24,000 nucleotides of DNA from an uncultured Mycobacterium sp. (GTDB lineage: Bacteria > Actinomycetota > Actinomycetes > Mycobacteriales > Mycobacteriaceae): assembly GCA_900078375.1 (NCBI GenBank), contig FLQS01000018.1:38431-62430 (forward strand). The letters are read 5' to 3'. A model generated the notes under the pieces. It did not search any database. It worked only from the letters and a program-made list of their open reading frames with translations, and was not told the DNA's origin. Within the stretch, counting starts at the first letter, position 1; each line of letters starts with the position of its first letter. Below, one piece after another: positions 16,343 through 23,780 of this stretch. The position numbers and the translations under genes are program-made.

Positions 16343-17188
16343 CTAGAGACCGCGAATCGTCGCGGTCAGGTGCGGGTAGCCCTTGGCCATGTTGCGCAGC
16401 GCGAGATCCCAGCCGTCGGCGACCCGGTCGACGTAGAGGCCGGCGCTCGTCGGCAAAATGACGGGTTTGCCGAACTTCACCGAGTAGCGCACGGCGTCGG
16501 GCAGTTGAGCCTCGATGTTCGCCAGAACAGCTGCCGCGCTGAACATTCCGTGGGCGATCACGGTGGGGAAACCGAACAACTTCGCGCCGATCACATTGGT
16601 GTGGATCGGATTGTGATCCCCGCCGATCGATGCGTAGCGCCGGATCTTGCCGGGGCTGATGCGCAGAATTGCGTTGGGCGGCCGTAGTTTCGGCTGTTTG
16701 GGCGGCTCCGGCTTGGGCTCGCCGGACAAGCTGGTGCGTTGCTGGTGAAGGAACGTGGTGACCTGGTGCCAGGCCAGTTCGTTGCCCACATGGATTTCGG
16801 CGATGACGTCCACCAGCAGCCCTTTGCGGTGCTCGCGCAGATTCTCGGCATGAACCTTCACCGCGACGGTGTCGGTGACCGCAATCGGGCGGTACCGGGT
16901 GATCTCGTTCTCTACGTGGACCGCGCCCATGGCGGCGAACGGGAAGTCGAAGCCGGTGATCAGCGCCATCACCGTCGGAAACGTCAGCACGAACGGATAG
17001 GTCAGGGGCACGGTGTCGCCGAAGCGCAGGCCGGTGACCGCGGTGTAGGCCGCGACGTTCGACGGGTCGATGGCGAGTTCGTCGACGGTCAGGGCGCGGC
17101 TGGGCAGGTGATCGCCGCGCGGAATGAACGGCAGCGAACCGGCCGCTGCGCGCAACAGGTTCCGTAAGCCGCTGGGCTGTTCGGTCAC
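16343..17188 (-). CDS. htdX: (3R)-hydroxyacyl-CoA dehydratase HtdX (double hot-dog, MaoC-like)
   Basis: Hydratase motif SIGGDHNPIHT and a conserved LSGEPKPEPPKQPKL linker. It lies immediately downstream of fabG4, as Rv0241c/Rv0242c do. Start is GTG 17188 or TTG 17197 (2 nt after the fabG4 stop). Confidence 0.85.
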   Translation of the reverse strand: MTEQPSGLRNLLRAAAGSLPFIPRGDHLPSRALTVDELAIDPSNVAAYTAVTGLRFGDTVPLTYPFVLTFPTVMALITGFDFPFAAMGAVHVENEITRYRPIAVTDTVAVKVHAENLREHRKGLLVDVIAEIHVGNELAWHQVTTFLHQQRTSLSGEPKPEPPKQPKLRPPNAILRISPGKIRRYASIGGDHNPIHTNVIGAKLFGFPTVIAHGMFSAAAVLANIEAQLPDAVRYSVKFGKPVILPTSAGLYVDRVADGWDLALRNMAKGYPHLTATIRGL

Positions 17189-17199
17189 AGTAGACAAGG

Positions 17200-18564
17200 T
17201 CAGGCCCCCAGCATCGCTTGGCCGCAGACCCGGATCACATTGCCGGTCACGGCATTCGACGCGGGGCTGGCGAAATAGGCGATGGTCTCGGCCACGTCGA
17301 CCGGCTTGCCGCCCTGATACAGGGAGTTCAGCCGGCGGCCGACCTCACGGGTGGCCAGCGGGATCGCGGCGGTCATCGCGGTCTCGATGAATCCGGGTGC
17401 GACGGCGTTGATGGTGATGCCCTTGTCCGCCAATCCGGGAGCCAGCGCCTGGGTGAGGCCGATCATCCCGGCCTTGGTCGTCGCGTAGTTGGTCTGTCCC
17501 CGGTTGCCGGCGATCCCGGCCATCGACGACAGCCCGATGATCCGCCCGCCGTCACCGATGCTGCCGTTCTCGACCAAGCCTTCGGTAAGGCGTTGCGGAG
17601 CAAGTAGATTCACCGCAATCACGGCGTCCCACCGAGCATCGTCCATGTTGGCCAGCAGCTTGTCGCGGGTGATGCCGGCGTTGTTGACCAGGATGTCGGC
17701 GCGGCCCCCGTTGTGATCCGAGTAGTGCTCACGCAGATGTTCGGTGATCTTGTCCACCGCGTCGGCGGCGGTGACATCCAGCGCCAGGGCGGTGCCGCCC
17801 ACTTTCGCCGCCGTTTCTCCGAGAGCCTCTGCAGCCTGTTCGACGTCGATCGCGACGACCTTGGCGCCGTCGCGGGCGAATACTTCGGCGATCGTGGCTC
17901 CGATGCCGCGGGCCGCGCCCGTCACGATGCCGACCTTGCCGGCCAGCGGCTTGTCCCAGTCGGCGGGCGGGGTGGAGTCCGCGGCGCCGACGTAGAACAC
18001 CTGGGCGTCGACGTAGGCCGACTTGGCCGACAGGAGGAACCGCAGCGTCGATTCCAGGCCTGTCGCAGCGGGTTTGGCCGCCGGCGACAGATACACCAGG
18101 GCGACGGTGGCGCCGCGCCGCAACTCCTTACCCAAGGAGCGGGTGAACCCCTCCAGCGCTCGCTGGGCGATGCGCTCGTTGGCGCTGCCCGCCTCGTCAG
18201 GGGTGGTGCCGACCACGACGATGCGCGCCGACGGACCGAGGTTGCGCAGCAGCGGGGTGAAGAACTCGTAGAGGCTGCGCAGCTGTGCGGGCTCGCTGAT
18301 GCCGGTGGCGTCGAACACCAGACCGCCGAACGAGTCGGCCCAGCGGCCGCCGAGGTTGTCGGACACCAGGTCGTAGTCGTCGGCCAGCGCCGCCCGCAGC
18401 GGTTCGACGACGCGGCCGTCACCGCCGATCAGCAGAGAGCCGGCCAGCGGTGGTTCACCGGGCCGGTAGCGGCGCAGCGTCTCCGGCTGTGGGATGCCGA
18501 GCTGCTTGGCCAGCAATGACCCTGGCGCGGAGTTGACGATCTGAGAGAAGAGGTCGGAAGCCAC
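17200..18564 (-). CDS. fabG4: 3-oxoacyl-(ACP/CoA) reductase FabG4 (two-domain SDR)
   Basis: 454 aa with an N-terminal flavodoxin-like/pseudo-SDR domain. C-terminal SDR domain carries [18 protein letters not shown] (TGxxxGxG) and [11 protein letters not shown] (YxxxK). GTG 18564 is preceded by GAAAGG. Divergent from fadA2. Confidence 0.9.
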   Translation of the reverse strand: MASDLFSQIVNSAPGSLLAKQLGIPQPETLRRYRPGEPPLAGSLLIGGDGRVVEPLRAALADDYDLVSDNLGGRWADSFGGLVFDATGISEPAQLRSLYEFFTPLLRNLGPSARIVVVGTTPDEAGSANERIAQRALEGFTRSLGKELRRGATVALVYLSPAAKPAATGLESTLRFLLSAKSAYVDAQVFYVGAADSTPPADWDKPLAGKVGIVTGAARGIGATIAEVFARDGAKVVAIDVEQAAEALGETAAKVGGTALALDVTAADAVDKITEHLREHYSDHNGGRADILVNNAGITRDKLLANMDDARWDAVIAVNLLAPQRLTEGLVENGSIGDGGRIIGLSSMAGIAGNRGQTNYATTKAGMIGLTQALAPGLADKGITINAVAPGFIETAMTAAIPLATREVGRRLNSLYQGGKPVDVAETIAYFASPASNAVTGNVIRVCGQAMLGA

Positions 18565-18604
18565 GAACGTGCCTTTCGAGTTGCGAGGGGGGACCGGGTA
18601 CGAA

Positions 18605-18620
18605 CTTACTCCAGAGTAAG
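18605..18620. promoter_or_regulatory. 16-bp perfect palindrome CTTACTC-CA-GAGTAAG in the fabG4/fadA2 divergent promoter (candidate repressor operator)
   Basis: Read directly. It lies 10 nt upstream of a plus-strand -10-like TAGTAT (18630-18635) that would drive fadA2. Confidence 0.45.
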
Positions 18621-18682
18621 GACCGTGCGTAGTATGGGTTGGGTATACCCCCTCTCAAACCAAACCTTAGGCGGAGATTGAC

Positions 18683-19987
18683 GTGGCCTCTACCAGTGGA
18701 AACAGTCGCCGGGTCGCCGTGATCGGCGGCAACCGCATCCCGTTCGCGCGATCGGACGGCGCGTATGCGGAGGCATCCAATCAGGACATGTTCACCGCCG
18801 CACTAGGCGGTCTGGTGGACCGGTTCGGCCTGGCCGGCGAGCGGCTCGGCGCGGTGATCGGCGGAGCCGTGCTCAAGCACAGCCGCGATTTCAATCTGAT
18901 GCGGGAGAGCGTGCTCGGCAGCCGGCTCTCGCCGTACACCCCGGCGATCGATATGCAGCAGGCCTGCGGCACCGGTCTGCAGGCCGCGGTCGCGGCCGCC
19001 GACGGCATCGCCGCCGGCCGCTACGAGGTCGCCGCCGCCGGCGGGGTCGACACCACGTCCGACGCCCCGATCGGGCTCGGCGACGACCTGCGTCGCACTC
19101 TGCTCGGTCTGCGGCGGTCCAAGTCGAACGTGGACCGGCTCAAGCTCGTCGGCAAGCTGCCGGCCTCGCTGGGCATCGAGATCCCCACCAACGGGGAACC
19201 GCGCACGGGGTTATCGATGGGCGATCACGCCGCGATCACCGCCAAGAAGATGGGCATCAAGCGCGTCGATCAGGACGAGCTGGCTGCGGCCAGCCACCGC
19301 AATATGGCGGCCGCCTACGACCGCGGCTTCTTCGACGATCTCGTCACGCCGTTCCTCGGGCTTTACCGGGACAACAACCTGCGCGCCGACTCCAGCGCCG
19401 AGAAACTGGCCAAACTCAAGCCGGTGTTCGGAGTGCGCAACGGCGACGCCACAATGACCGCGGGCAACTCGACGCCGCTGACCGATGGCGCCTCAGTGGC
19501 GTTGCTGGCGAGTGAGGAGTGGGCTACGTCACACTCGCTGAATCCGCTGGCTTTCTTCGTCGATTCCGAGACCGCCGCGGTGGACTACGTCAACGGTGAG
19601 GACGGCCTGTTGATGGCGCCCACCTACGCCGTGCCGCGGCTGCTGGCGCGCAACGGTCTGGCATTGCAGGACTTCGATTTCTACGAGATCCACGAGGCCT
19701 TCGCGTCGGTGGTGCTGGCTCATCTACAGGCATGGGAATCCGACGAATACTGCAAGGAGCTGCTAGGACTCGACTCCGCGCTGGGATCAATCGACCGCTC
19801 CAAGCTCAACGTCAACGGCTCCTCGCTGGCCGCAGGCCATCCGTTCGCCGCCACCGGCGGGCGCATCGTGGCGCAGCTCGCCAAGCAGTTGGCCGAGAAG
19901 AAAAAGGAGACCGGACAGCCGGTCCGCGGGCTCATCTCGATCTGCGCGGCGGGCGGCCAAGGCGTGACCGCGATCCTCGAGGCATAG
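18683..19987 (+). CDS. fadA2: Acetyl-CoA acetyltransferase / thiolase FadA2
   Basis: Thiolase motifs MQQACGTGLQA (nucleophilic Cys), NGSSLAAGHPFAATGGR (His) and SICAAGGQG (C-terminal Cys). 434 aa. Synteny with fabG4. Confidence 0.9.
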   Translation: MASTSGNSRRVAVIGGNRIPFARSDGAYAEASNQDMFTAALGGLVDRFGLAGERLGAVIGGAVLKHSRDFNLMRESVLGSRLSPYTPAIDMQQACGTGLQAAVAAADGIAAGRYEVAAAGGVDTTSDAPIGLGDDLRRTLLGLRRSKSNVDRLKLVGKLPASLGIEIPTNGEPRTGLSMGDHAAITAKKMGIKRVDQDELAAASHRNMAAAYDRGFFDDLVTPFLGLYRDNNLRADSSAEKLAKLKPVFGVRNGDATMTAGNSTPLTDGASVALLASEEWATSHSLNPLAFFVDSETAAVDYVNGEDGLLMAPTYAVPRLLARNGLALQDFDFYEIHEAFASVVLAHLQAWESDEYCKELLGLDSALGSIDRSKLNVNGSSLAAGHPFAATGGRIVAQLAKQLAEKKKETGQPVRGLISICAAGGQGVTAILEA

Positions 19988-20037
19988 CCAACGCGATGCT
20001 TCAGACGCCAAAAAGATTCTAGAAAAAAGTTTCCCGG

Positions 20038-20063
20038 GGTTTGTAACGAACCCGTGCGGGCTA
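20038..20063 (+). promoter_or_regulatory. SigF-like promoter (GGTTTG -35 / GGGCTA -10; GTTT-N15-GGG spacing)
   Basis: ggGGTTTGtaacgaacccgtgcGGGCTAcag, compared with the remembered mycobacterial SigF consensus GTTT-N15-17-GGGTA(T). The -10 is imperfect. Confidence 0.35.
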
Positions 20064-20079
20064 CAGATGTACTGGATAG

Positions 20080-20138
20080 CTCCGTGTTGCCGTCTGACCC
20101 CCCGACCCGACGGCAACACGGGGCATCCTCTTTGTTTG
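20080..20138 (+). terminator. Stem-loop 1 with a T-rich tail (possible internal or first terminator)
   Basis: CCGTGTTGCCGTC (20082-20094) pairs perfectly with GACGGCAACACGG (20109-20121), extendable by C:G and U:G. 14-nt loop. Downstream CATCCTCTTTGTTTG. Confidence 0.5.
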
Positions 20139-20161
20139 CGTCCGATTGACGTGAACGAAGG

Positions 20162-20203
20162 AACCGCCGCTGGAGAAGAGGGGATTCCAGCGGCGGTTTT
20201 CTT
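20162..20203. terminator. Canonical intrinsic terminator, probably bidirectional (sRNA/fadA2 from the left, hydrolase gene from the right)
   Basis: AACCGCCGCTGGA (20162-20174) pairs perfectly with TCCAGCGGCGGTT (20186-20198); 11-nt loop. TTTTCTT tract on the plus strand; the minus-strand tail CCTTCGTTC is weaker. It sits 13 nt beyond the minus-strand gene stop at 20216. Confidence 0.7.
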
Positions 20204-20215
20204 GGAGCCGCTGGG

Positions 20216-21451
20216 TTAGGCCCCGGAATCCACGAGGCCCGACTGCACCAGGGCGGCATCAACGAACTGCTGAACCGGACGAGCTTGGAAGAACCCGGTG
20301 TGTCCGCCGCGGTACCAGCCGATGTTCGGGCGTCCCCAGTGTTCCCACAATCCGAGCACCTGCTCGCGCGGGTGCACGATCCGATCGGCAACCCCGGCGT
20401 AGATGAACCGGCCCTCGGGAGCGACCTTGGGTTGCAGCGACAGCGGGGAGATCATCTCGCCGATCGGTTCGGCCAATTCCAGTGTCCGGTGGCGGGGGTC
20501 GTCTATGCCCAAGCCGGCGTGACGGCCCAGGATGGACACCAGGTTGGCCGGCGGCACGCCGAGGATCGCACAGGTGAGGTCCTCGTCGAGGCTGGCGACC
20601 AGCGCCGCGATGTAGCCGCCCAGCGAGATGCCGTTCAACCCGATCCTGGCGTCGGGCTGTTGGAGGCGGATCCAGGCCAGCACGCGGCGGATGTCCCATA
20701 CCGCCTGTGCGGTGGCGTGGACGTCGTCCATCACGTCCTCACCCGGAAAGACCGCGCCCTTGGGCAGTCCCTTGGCGCGCGGACCGTGCATCGGGAGCAC
20801 CGGAAGTATCACGTTGAGACCGAACTGCTCGTGCAGATGCCAGGCCCGGAACAGGGCCAGATCCAGGTTGGCCCGGCCCATCTCGGTGCCGTGCACACAC
20901 ACCAGCCACGGGCGCGGTTCCCGGTGGCGCAGCATCATCGCGTATTCGCGGTGGTTGCCCGTGTAGCTGAGCCAGCGGGCGCGGCCGGGTTCCCGGGGGT
21001 AGGGCTGGTAACCGCTGTCGAACGACATCCGCTCGTGGGTGCGGCCACGGACTTTGTACGACCGGATGGTCACGTCGTTCGGCGCCGGCGGTGCGGCGAA
21101 GAAGCCCTCCGGCCGGGCCAGCCAGCCGCGCTTGCCGTAGAAGTCGATGGCCTTGAGGACCTCGGTGTTGATCCTTTCGTAGACGGCCGCGTCGCTCAGC
21201 GGGCGGCGCAGCCGAAGCCCGACCAGGACGATTTCGTCGCGCAGGGCGTGGGTTGCCAGCGAGAGTGTCGGGCGGGCGACGGGCAACTCGTCGTTGCCGC
21301 CGTCGAGGTATGCACCCCACGAGCGGGCGTAGTAGCCGCCGGCCTTTGTGAACGGCCCGACAATATTCGCCAGCGGATTCGCGATGCCCGGATTTCTGCT
21401 GGTCGCACCGGGATGCTCGGGAATCGCTTCGTTGCTGTCAAGCATCGCCAT
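20216..21451 (-). CDS. Alpha/beta-fold hydrolase with a ~170-aa N-terminal extension
   Basis: Nucleophile elbow GISLGGY (GxSxG), an HG-type oxyanion region CVHGTEMG, and a C-terminal GGHTGF histidine region. 411-aa ORF with good GC3. Confidence 0.8.
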   Translation of the reverse strand: MAMLDSNEAIPEHPGATSRNPGIANPLANIVGPFTKAGGYYARSWGAYLDGGNDELPVARPTLSLATHALRDEIVLVGLRLRRPLSDAAVYERINTEVLKAIDFYGKRGWLARPEGFFAAPPAPNDVTIRSYKVRGRTHERMSFDSGYQPYPREPGRARWLSYTGNHREYAMMLRHREPRPWLVCVHGTEMGRANLDLALFRAWHLHEQFGLNVILPVLPMHGPRAKGLPKGAVFPGEDVMDDVHATAQAVWDIRRVLAWIRLQQPDARIGLNGISLGGYIAALVASLDEDLTCAILGVPPANLVSILGRHAGLGIDDPRHRTLELAEPIGEMISPLSLQPKVAPEGRFIYAGVADRIVHPREQVLGLWEHWGRPNIGWYRGGHTGFFQARPVQQFVDAALVQSGLVDSGA

Positions 21452-21457
21452 CTCTAG

Positions 21458-21463
21458 AATGTA
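21458..21463 (-). promoter_or_regulatory. -10-like TACATT hexamer 6 nt upstream of the hydrolase ATG (leaderless mRNA prediction)
   Basis: The minus strand reads TACATT-CTAGAG-ATG with no SD. The spacing places the predicted TSS on the A of the start codon, as in mycobacterial leaderless genes. Confidence 0.35.
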
Positions 21464-21489
21464 GCGGATCGCCAGCTAACTGCCAGGGC

Positions 21490-21549
21490 CCAAAGTCCCG
21501 ACATAGGTCCGTTGAAGCGCAATCGCCGGCAAAAAGTGACCAAAGTCCC
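21490..21549. repeat. Perfect 10-bp direct repeat CCAAAGTCCC x2 (21490-21499 and 21540-21549), exactly 50 bp apart, upstream of the hydrolase gene
   Basis: Read directly: gggCCCAAAGTCCCgac ... gtgaCCAAAGTCCCtgc. Confidence 0.45.
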
Positions 21550-21584
21550 TGCGTGGCGCTACCGGACACCGGCGAGCTCGAACG

Positions 21585-21622
21585 CCATCGGCCCCGAGAC
21601 CGAACGATCCCGGGGCCGATGG
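21585..21622 (-). terminator. Hairpin terminator downstream of fadE5 (no U-tract, I-shaped type)
   Basis: CCATCGGCCCCG (21585-21596) pairs perfectly with CGGGGCCGATGG (21611-21622); 14-nt loop. It starts 12 nt after the fadE5 stop (21634-21636). Confidence 0.55.
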
Positions 21623-21633
21623 ACGCAGAAACT

Positions 21634-23469
21634 CTAGAAGGCAGCTTCGTCGAGGTCCATGATGTCGTTGTCGATCGTCTCGATCACCAGTCGCGTGCTG
21701 GTCAGCAGCGGCAGGAAGCTCTTGGCGAAGAACGACGCCACGGCGACCTTGCCCTCGTAGAACGAGCGATCGGCACCGGTGGCACCGGCGTCCAGAGCCG
21801 CGATGGCAACCGCAGCCTGACGCTGCAGCAACCAAGCGATGACCAGGTCGCCGACGCTCATCAGGAAGCGCACCGACGCCAGCCCCACCTTGTAGATGCT
21901 GCTGGAGTCCTCCTGCGCGGACATCAGGTAGCCGGTCATCGACGCGGCCATGGCCTGGACATCCTCGAGGGCCTTCGCGAGCAGTTCACGCTCGGTCTTC
22001 AGCCGGCCGTTACCCGCCTCGTTCGCGATGAGCTCGTTGATCTGGCCGGCCACGTGTGCCAGCGCAACACCCTTGTCGCGCACGATCTTCCGGAAGAAGA
22101 AGTCCTGCGCCTGGATTGCCGTGGTGCCCTCGTAGAGCGAGTCGATCTTCGCGTCGCGGATGTACTGCTCGATCGGATAGTCCTGCAGGAAGCCGGACCC
22201 GCCGAAGGTTTGCAGGCTTTCGGTGAGCTTGGCGTAGGCCTGCTCGGAGCCGACGCCCTTGACGATCGGCAGCAGCAGGTCGTTGACCTTGACCGCGAGA
22301 TCGGGCTCGACACCCTGGACCGCCTTGGCCACCGCGGCGTCCTGGTAGGTGGAGGTATAGAGGTACAGCGCACGCAGACCCTCGGCGTAGGCCTTCTGGG
22401 TCATCAGGCTGCGACGAACGTCCGGGTGATGGGTGATCGTCACGCGCGGCGCGGTCTTGTCGGTCATCTGGGTCAGGTCGGCACCCTGCACACGCTCCTT
22501 GGCGTACTCCAGAGCATTCAGGTAGCCGGTCGACAGGGTGGCAATCGCCTTGGTGCCCACCATCATTCGGGCCTGCTCGATCACGTCGAACATCTGCGCG
22601 ATGCCCTCGTGTACCTCGCCGACCAACCAGCCCTTGGCCGGGGTGCCGTGCTGGCCGAAGGTCAGCTCACAGGTGGCCGAAACTTTCAGGCCCATCTTGT
22701 GCTCGACGTTGGTGACGAACACGCCGTTGCGCTCACCGGGTGCGCCGGTCTCGGCGTCGAAGAGGAACTTCGGCACGATGAACAGCGACAGACCCTTGGT
22801 GCCCGGACCGGCGCCCTCGGGGCGGGCCAGCACCAGGTGCAGGATGTTTTCGAACAGGTCGTCGGAATCGGCCGAGGTGATGAAGCGCTTCACGCCGTCG
22901 ATGTGCCAGGAGCCGTCGTCCTGCTTGACGGCCTTGGTGCGGCCGGCGCCGACGTCAGAGCCGGCGTCCGGCTCGGTCAGCACCATGGTCGAGCCCCAGC
23001 CACGTTCGGCGGCCTTGATCGCCCACTGCTTCTGCTCCTCGGTGCCGAGGTTGTGGACGATCTGGGCGAAGCCGGCGCCGCCGGCGTACATCCATACCGC
23101 GGGGTTGGCGCCCAGCACGTGCTCGTGCAGGGCCCACACCAGAGTCTTGGGCATCGGCATGCCGCCGAGTTCCTCGTCGAGGCCGACTTTGTCCCAGCCG
23201 CCGTCGATGAAGGCCTTCACCGACTTCTTGAATTCCTCGGGCAGCGTCACGGTGTGGGTCTCGGGATCGAAGACCGGGGGGTTGCGGTCGCCGTCGACGA
23301 ACGACGCGGCCAGCGGGCCTTCGGACAGTCGGGCCATCTCGCCGAGCATCTCCTGCACGGTGTCGGCGTCGAGATCGCTGTACTCACCCGCACCGAGGGC
23401 CTTGTCGAAACCGAGGACCTCGAAAAGGTTGAATACCTGGTCGCGAACGTTGGACTTGTAGTGGCTCAT
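21634..23469 (-). CDS. fadE5: Acyl-CoA dehydrogenase FadE5 (long, 611 aa)
   Basis: [21 protein letters not shown]-terminus. ACAD-type core ([47 protein letters not shown]) plus the C-terminal extension typical of the FadE5/AidB-like long ACADs. Same length as Rv0244c. ATG 23469 is preceded by GAGGAGGA. Confidence 0.9.
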   Translation of the reverse strand: MSHYKSNVRDQVFNLFEVLGFDKALGAGEYSDLDADTVQEMLGEMARLSEGPLAASFVDGDRNPPVFDPETHTVTLPEEFKKSVKAFIDGGWDKVGLDEELGGMPMPKTLVWALHEHVLGANPAVWMYAGGAGFAQIVHNLGTEEQKQWAIKAAERGWGSTMVLTEPDAGSDVGAGRTKAVKQDDGSWHIDGVKRFITSADSDDLFENILHLVLARPEGAGPGTKGLSLFIVPKFLFDAETGAPGERNGVFVTNVEHKMGLKVSATCELTFGQHGTPAKGWLVGEVHEGIAQMFDVIEQARMMVGTKAIATLSTGYLNALEYAKERVQGADLTQMTDKTAPRVTITHHPDVRRSLMTQKAYAEGLRALYLYTSTYQDAAVAKAVQGVEPDLAVKVNDLLLPIVKGVGSEQAYAKLTESLQTFGGSGFLQDYPIEQYIRDAKIDSLYEGTTAIQAQDFFFRKIVRDKGVALAHVAGQINELIANEAGNGRLKTERELLAKALEDVQAMAASMTGYLMSAQEDSSSIYKVGLASVRFLMSVGDLVIAWLLQRQAAVAIAALDAGATGADRSFYEGKVAVASFFAKSFLPLLTSTRLVIETIDNDIMDLDEAAF

Positions 23470-23534
23470 GACGGTTCCTCCTCAGCGAGAATGTCATCCG
23501 AATTTGGGCTTTGTGGTTGGGTACTCAGGGCTAA

Positions 23535-23550
23535 GTTACCCACCAGTAAC
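23535..23550. promoter_or_regulatory. Dyad GTTAC-N6-GTAAC upstream of fadE5 (candidate operator sharing TTAC-N6-GTAA with the fabG4/fadA2 site)
   Basis: GTTACccaccaGTAAC. It lies just downstream of a minus-strand -10-like TATAGT (complement of 23558-23563) and 66-81 nt upstream of the fadE5 ATG. Confidence 0.35.
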
Positions 23551-23614
23551 ACGGTGAACTATACCGCTCGGTAACCGGAACGCAAGTCTCTGTGGGCAAG
23601 TTCCATCAGCTAAT

Positions 23615-23633
23615 CAACCCACTGGTTGGGTTG
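23615..23633. promoter_or_regulatory. Inverted repeat CAACCCA-N5-TGGGTTG in the fadE5 upstream region
   Basis: Perfect 7-bp arms read directly (23615-23621 / 23627-23633). Confidence 0.25.
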
Positions 23634-23719
23634 GCGCGTCGGTGAGCCCGATAGCCCAGCTGTAATCGCAGTTCAGAAGCGGTTACAGCGATTGCACGGC
23701 GACGGCGTGTGGCGTGGTC

Positions 23720-23762
23720 GAAAACGCCGGTAACGGTGCGACCTTGGTCACACCGCTACCGG
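23720..23762 (-). terminator. Intrinsic terminator of the right-edge carrier-domain gene
   Basis: CCGGTAACGGTG (23727-23738) pairs with CACCGCTACCGG (23751-23762) with one mismatch; the inner GACC/GGTC extends the stem. On the minus strand the hairpin is followed by CGUUUUCG. It sits 18 nt after the stop at 23781-23783. Confidence 0.6.
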
Positions 23763-23780
23763 AAATGGACGCCCCTGCGG

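Larger units (their letters stand above)
20070..20203 (+). ncRNA. Candidate F6/ncRv10243-like SigF-dependent sRNA (two stem-loops; possible 3' ends near 20138 and 20203)
   Basis: Located in the intergenic region just downstream of fadA2, where the F6 sRNA lies in M. tuberculosis. A SigF-like promoter lies upstream. Stem-loop 1 (20080-20123) has a 13-15 bp stem and a C-rich loop UGACCCCCCGACCC. Stem-loop 2 (20162-20198) is followed by UUUUCUU. No plausible ORF. Confidence 0.45.

Noticed and set aside
16342-21638. Recurrent TCTAGA (XbaI) sites at 16342-16347, 20018-20023, 21453-21458 and 21633-21638, which looked like a possible repeated element
   Set aside because: Two of them simply contain the TAG stop codons of htdX and fadE5. 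The flanks share no extended similarity. They are most likely coincidental, although each sits in intergenic or junction DNA.
21553-23574. 673-aa plus-strand ORF
   Set aside because: It is fully antisense to fadE5, whose product has clear acyl-CoA dehydrogenase motifs. The plus-strand translation is low-complexity (G/L/V/R/H/D-rich) with no motifs. This is a typical shadow ORF of high-GC DNA.
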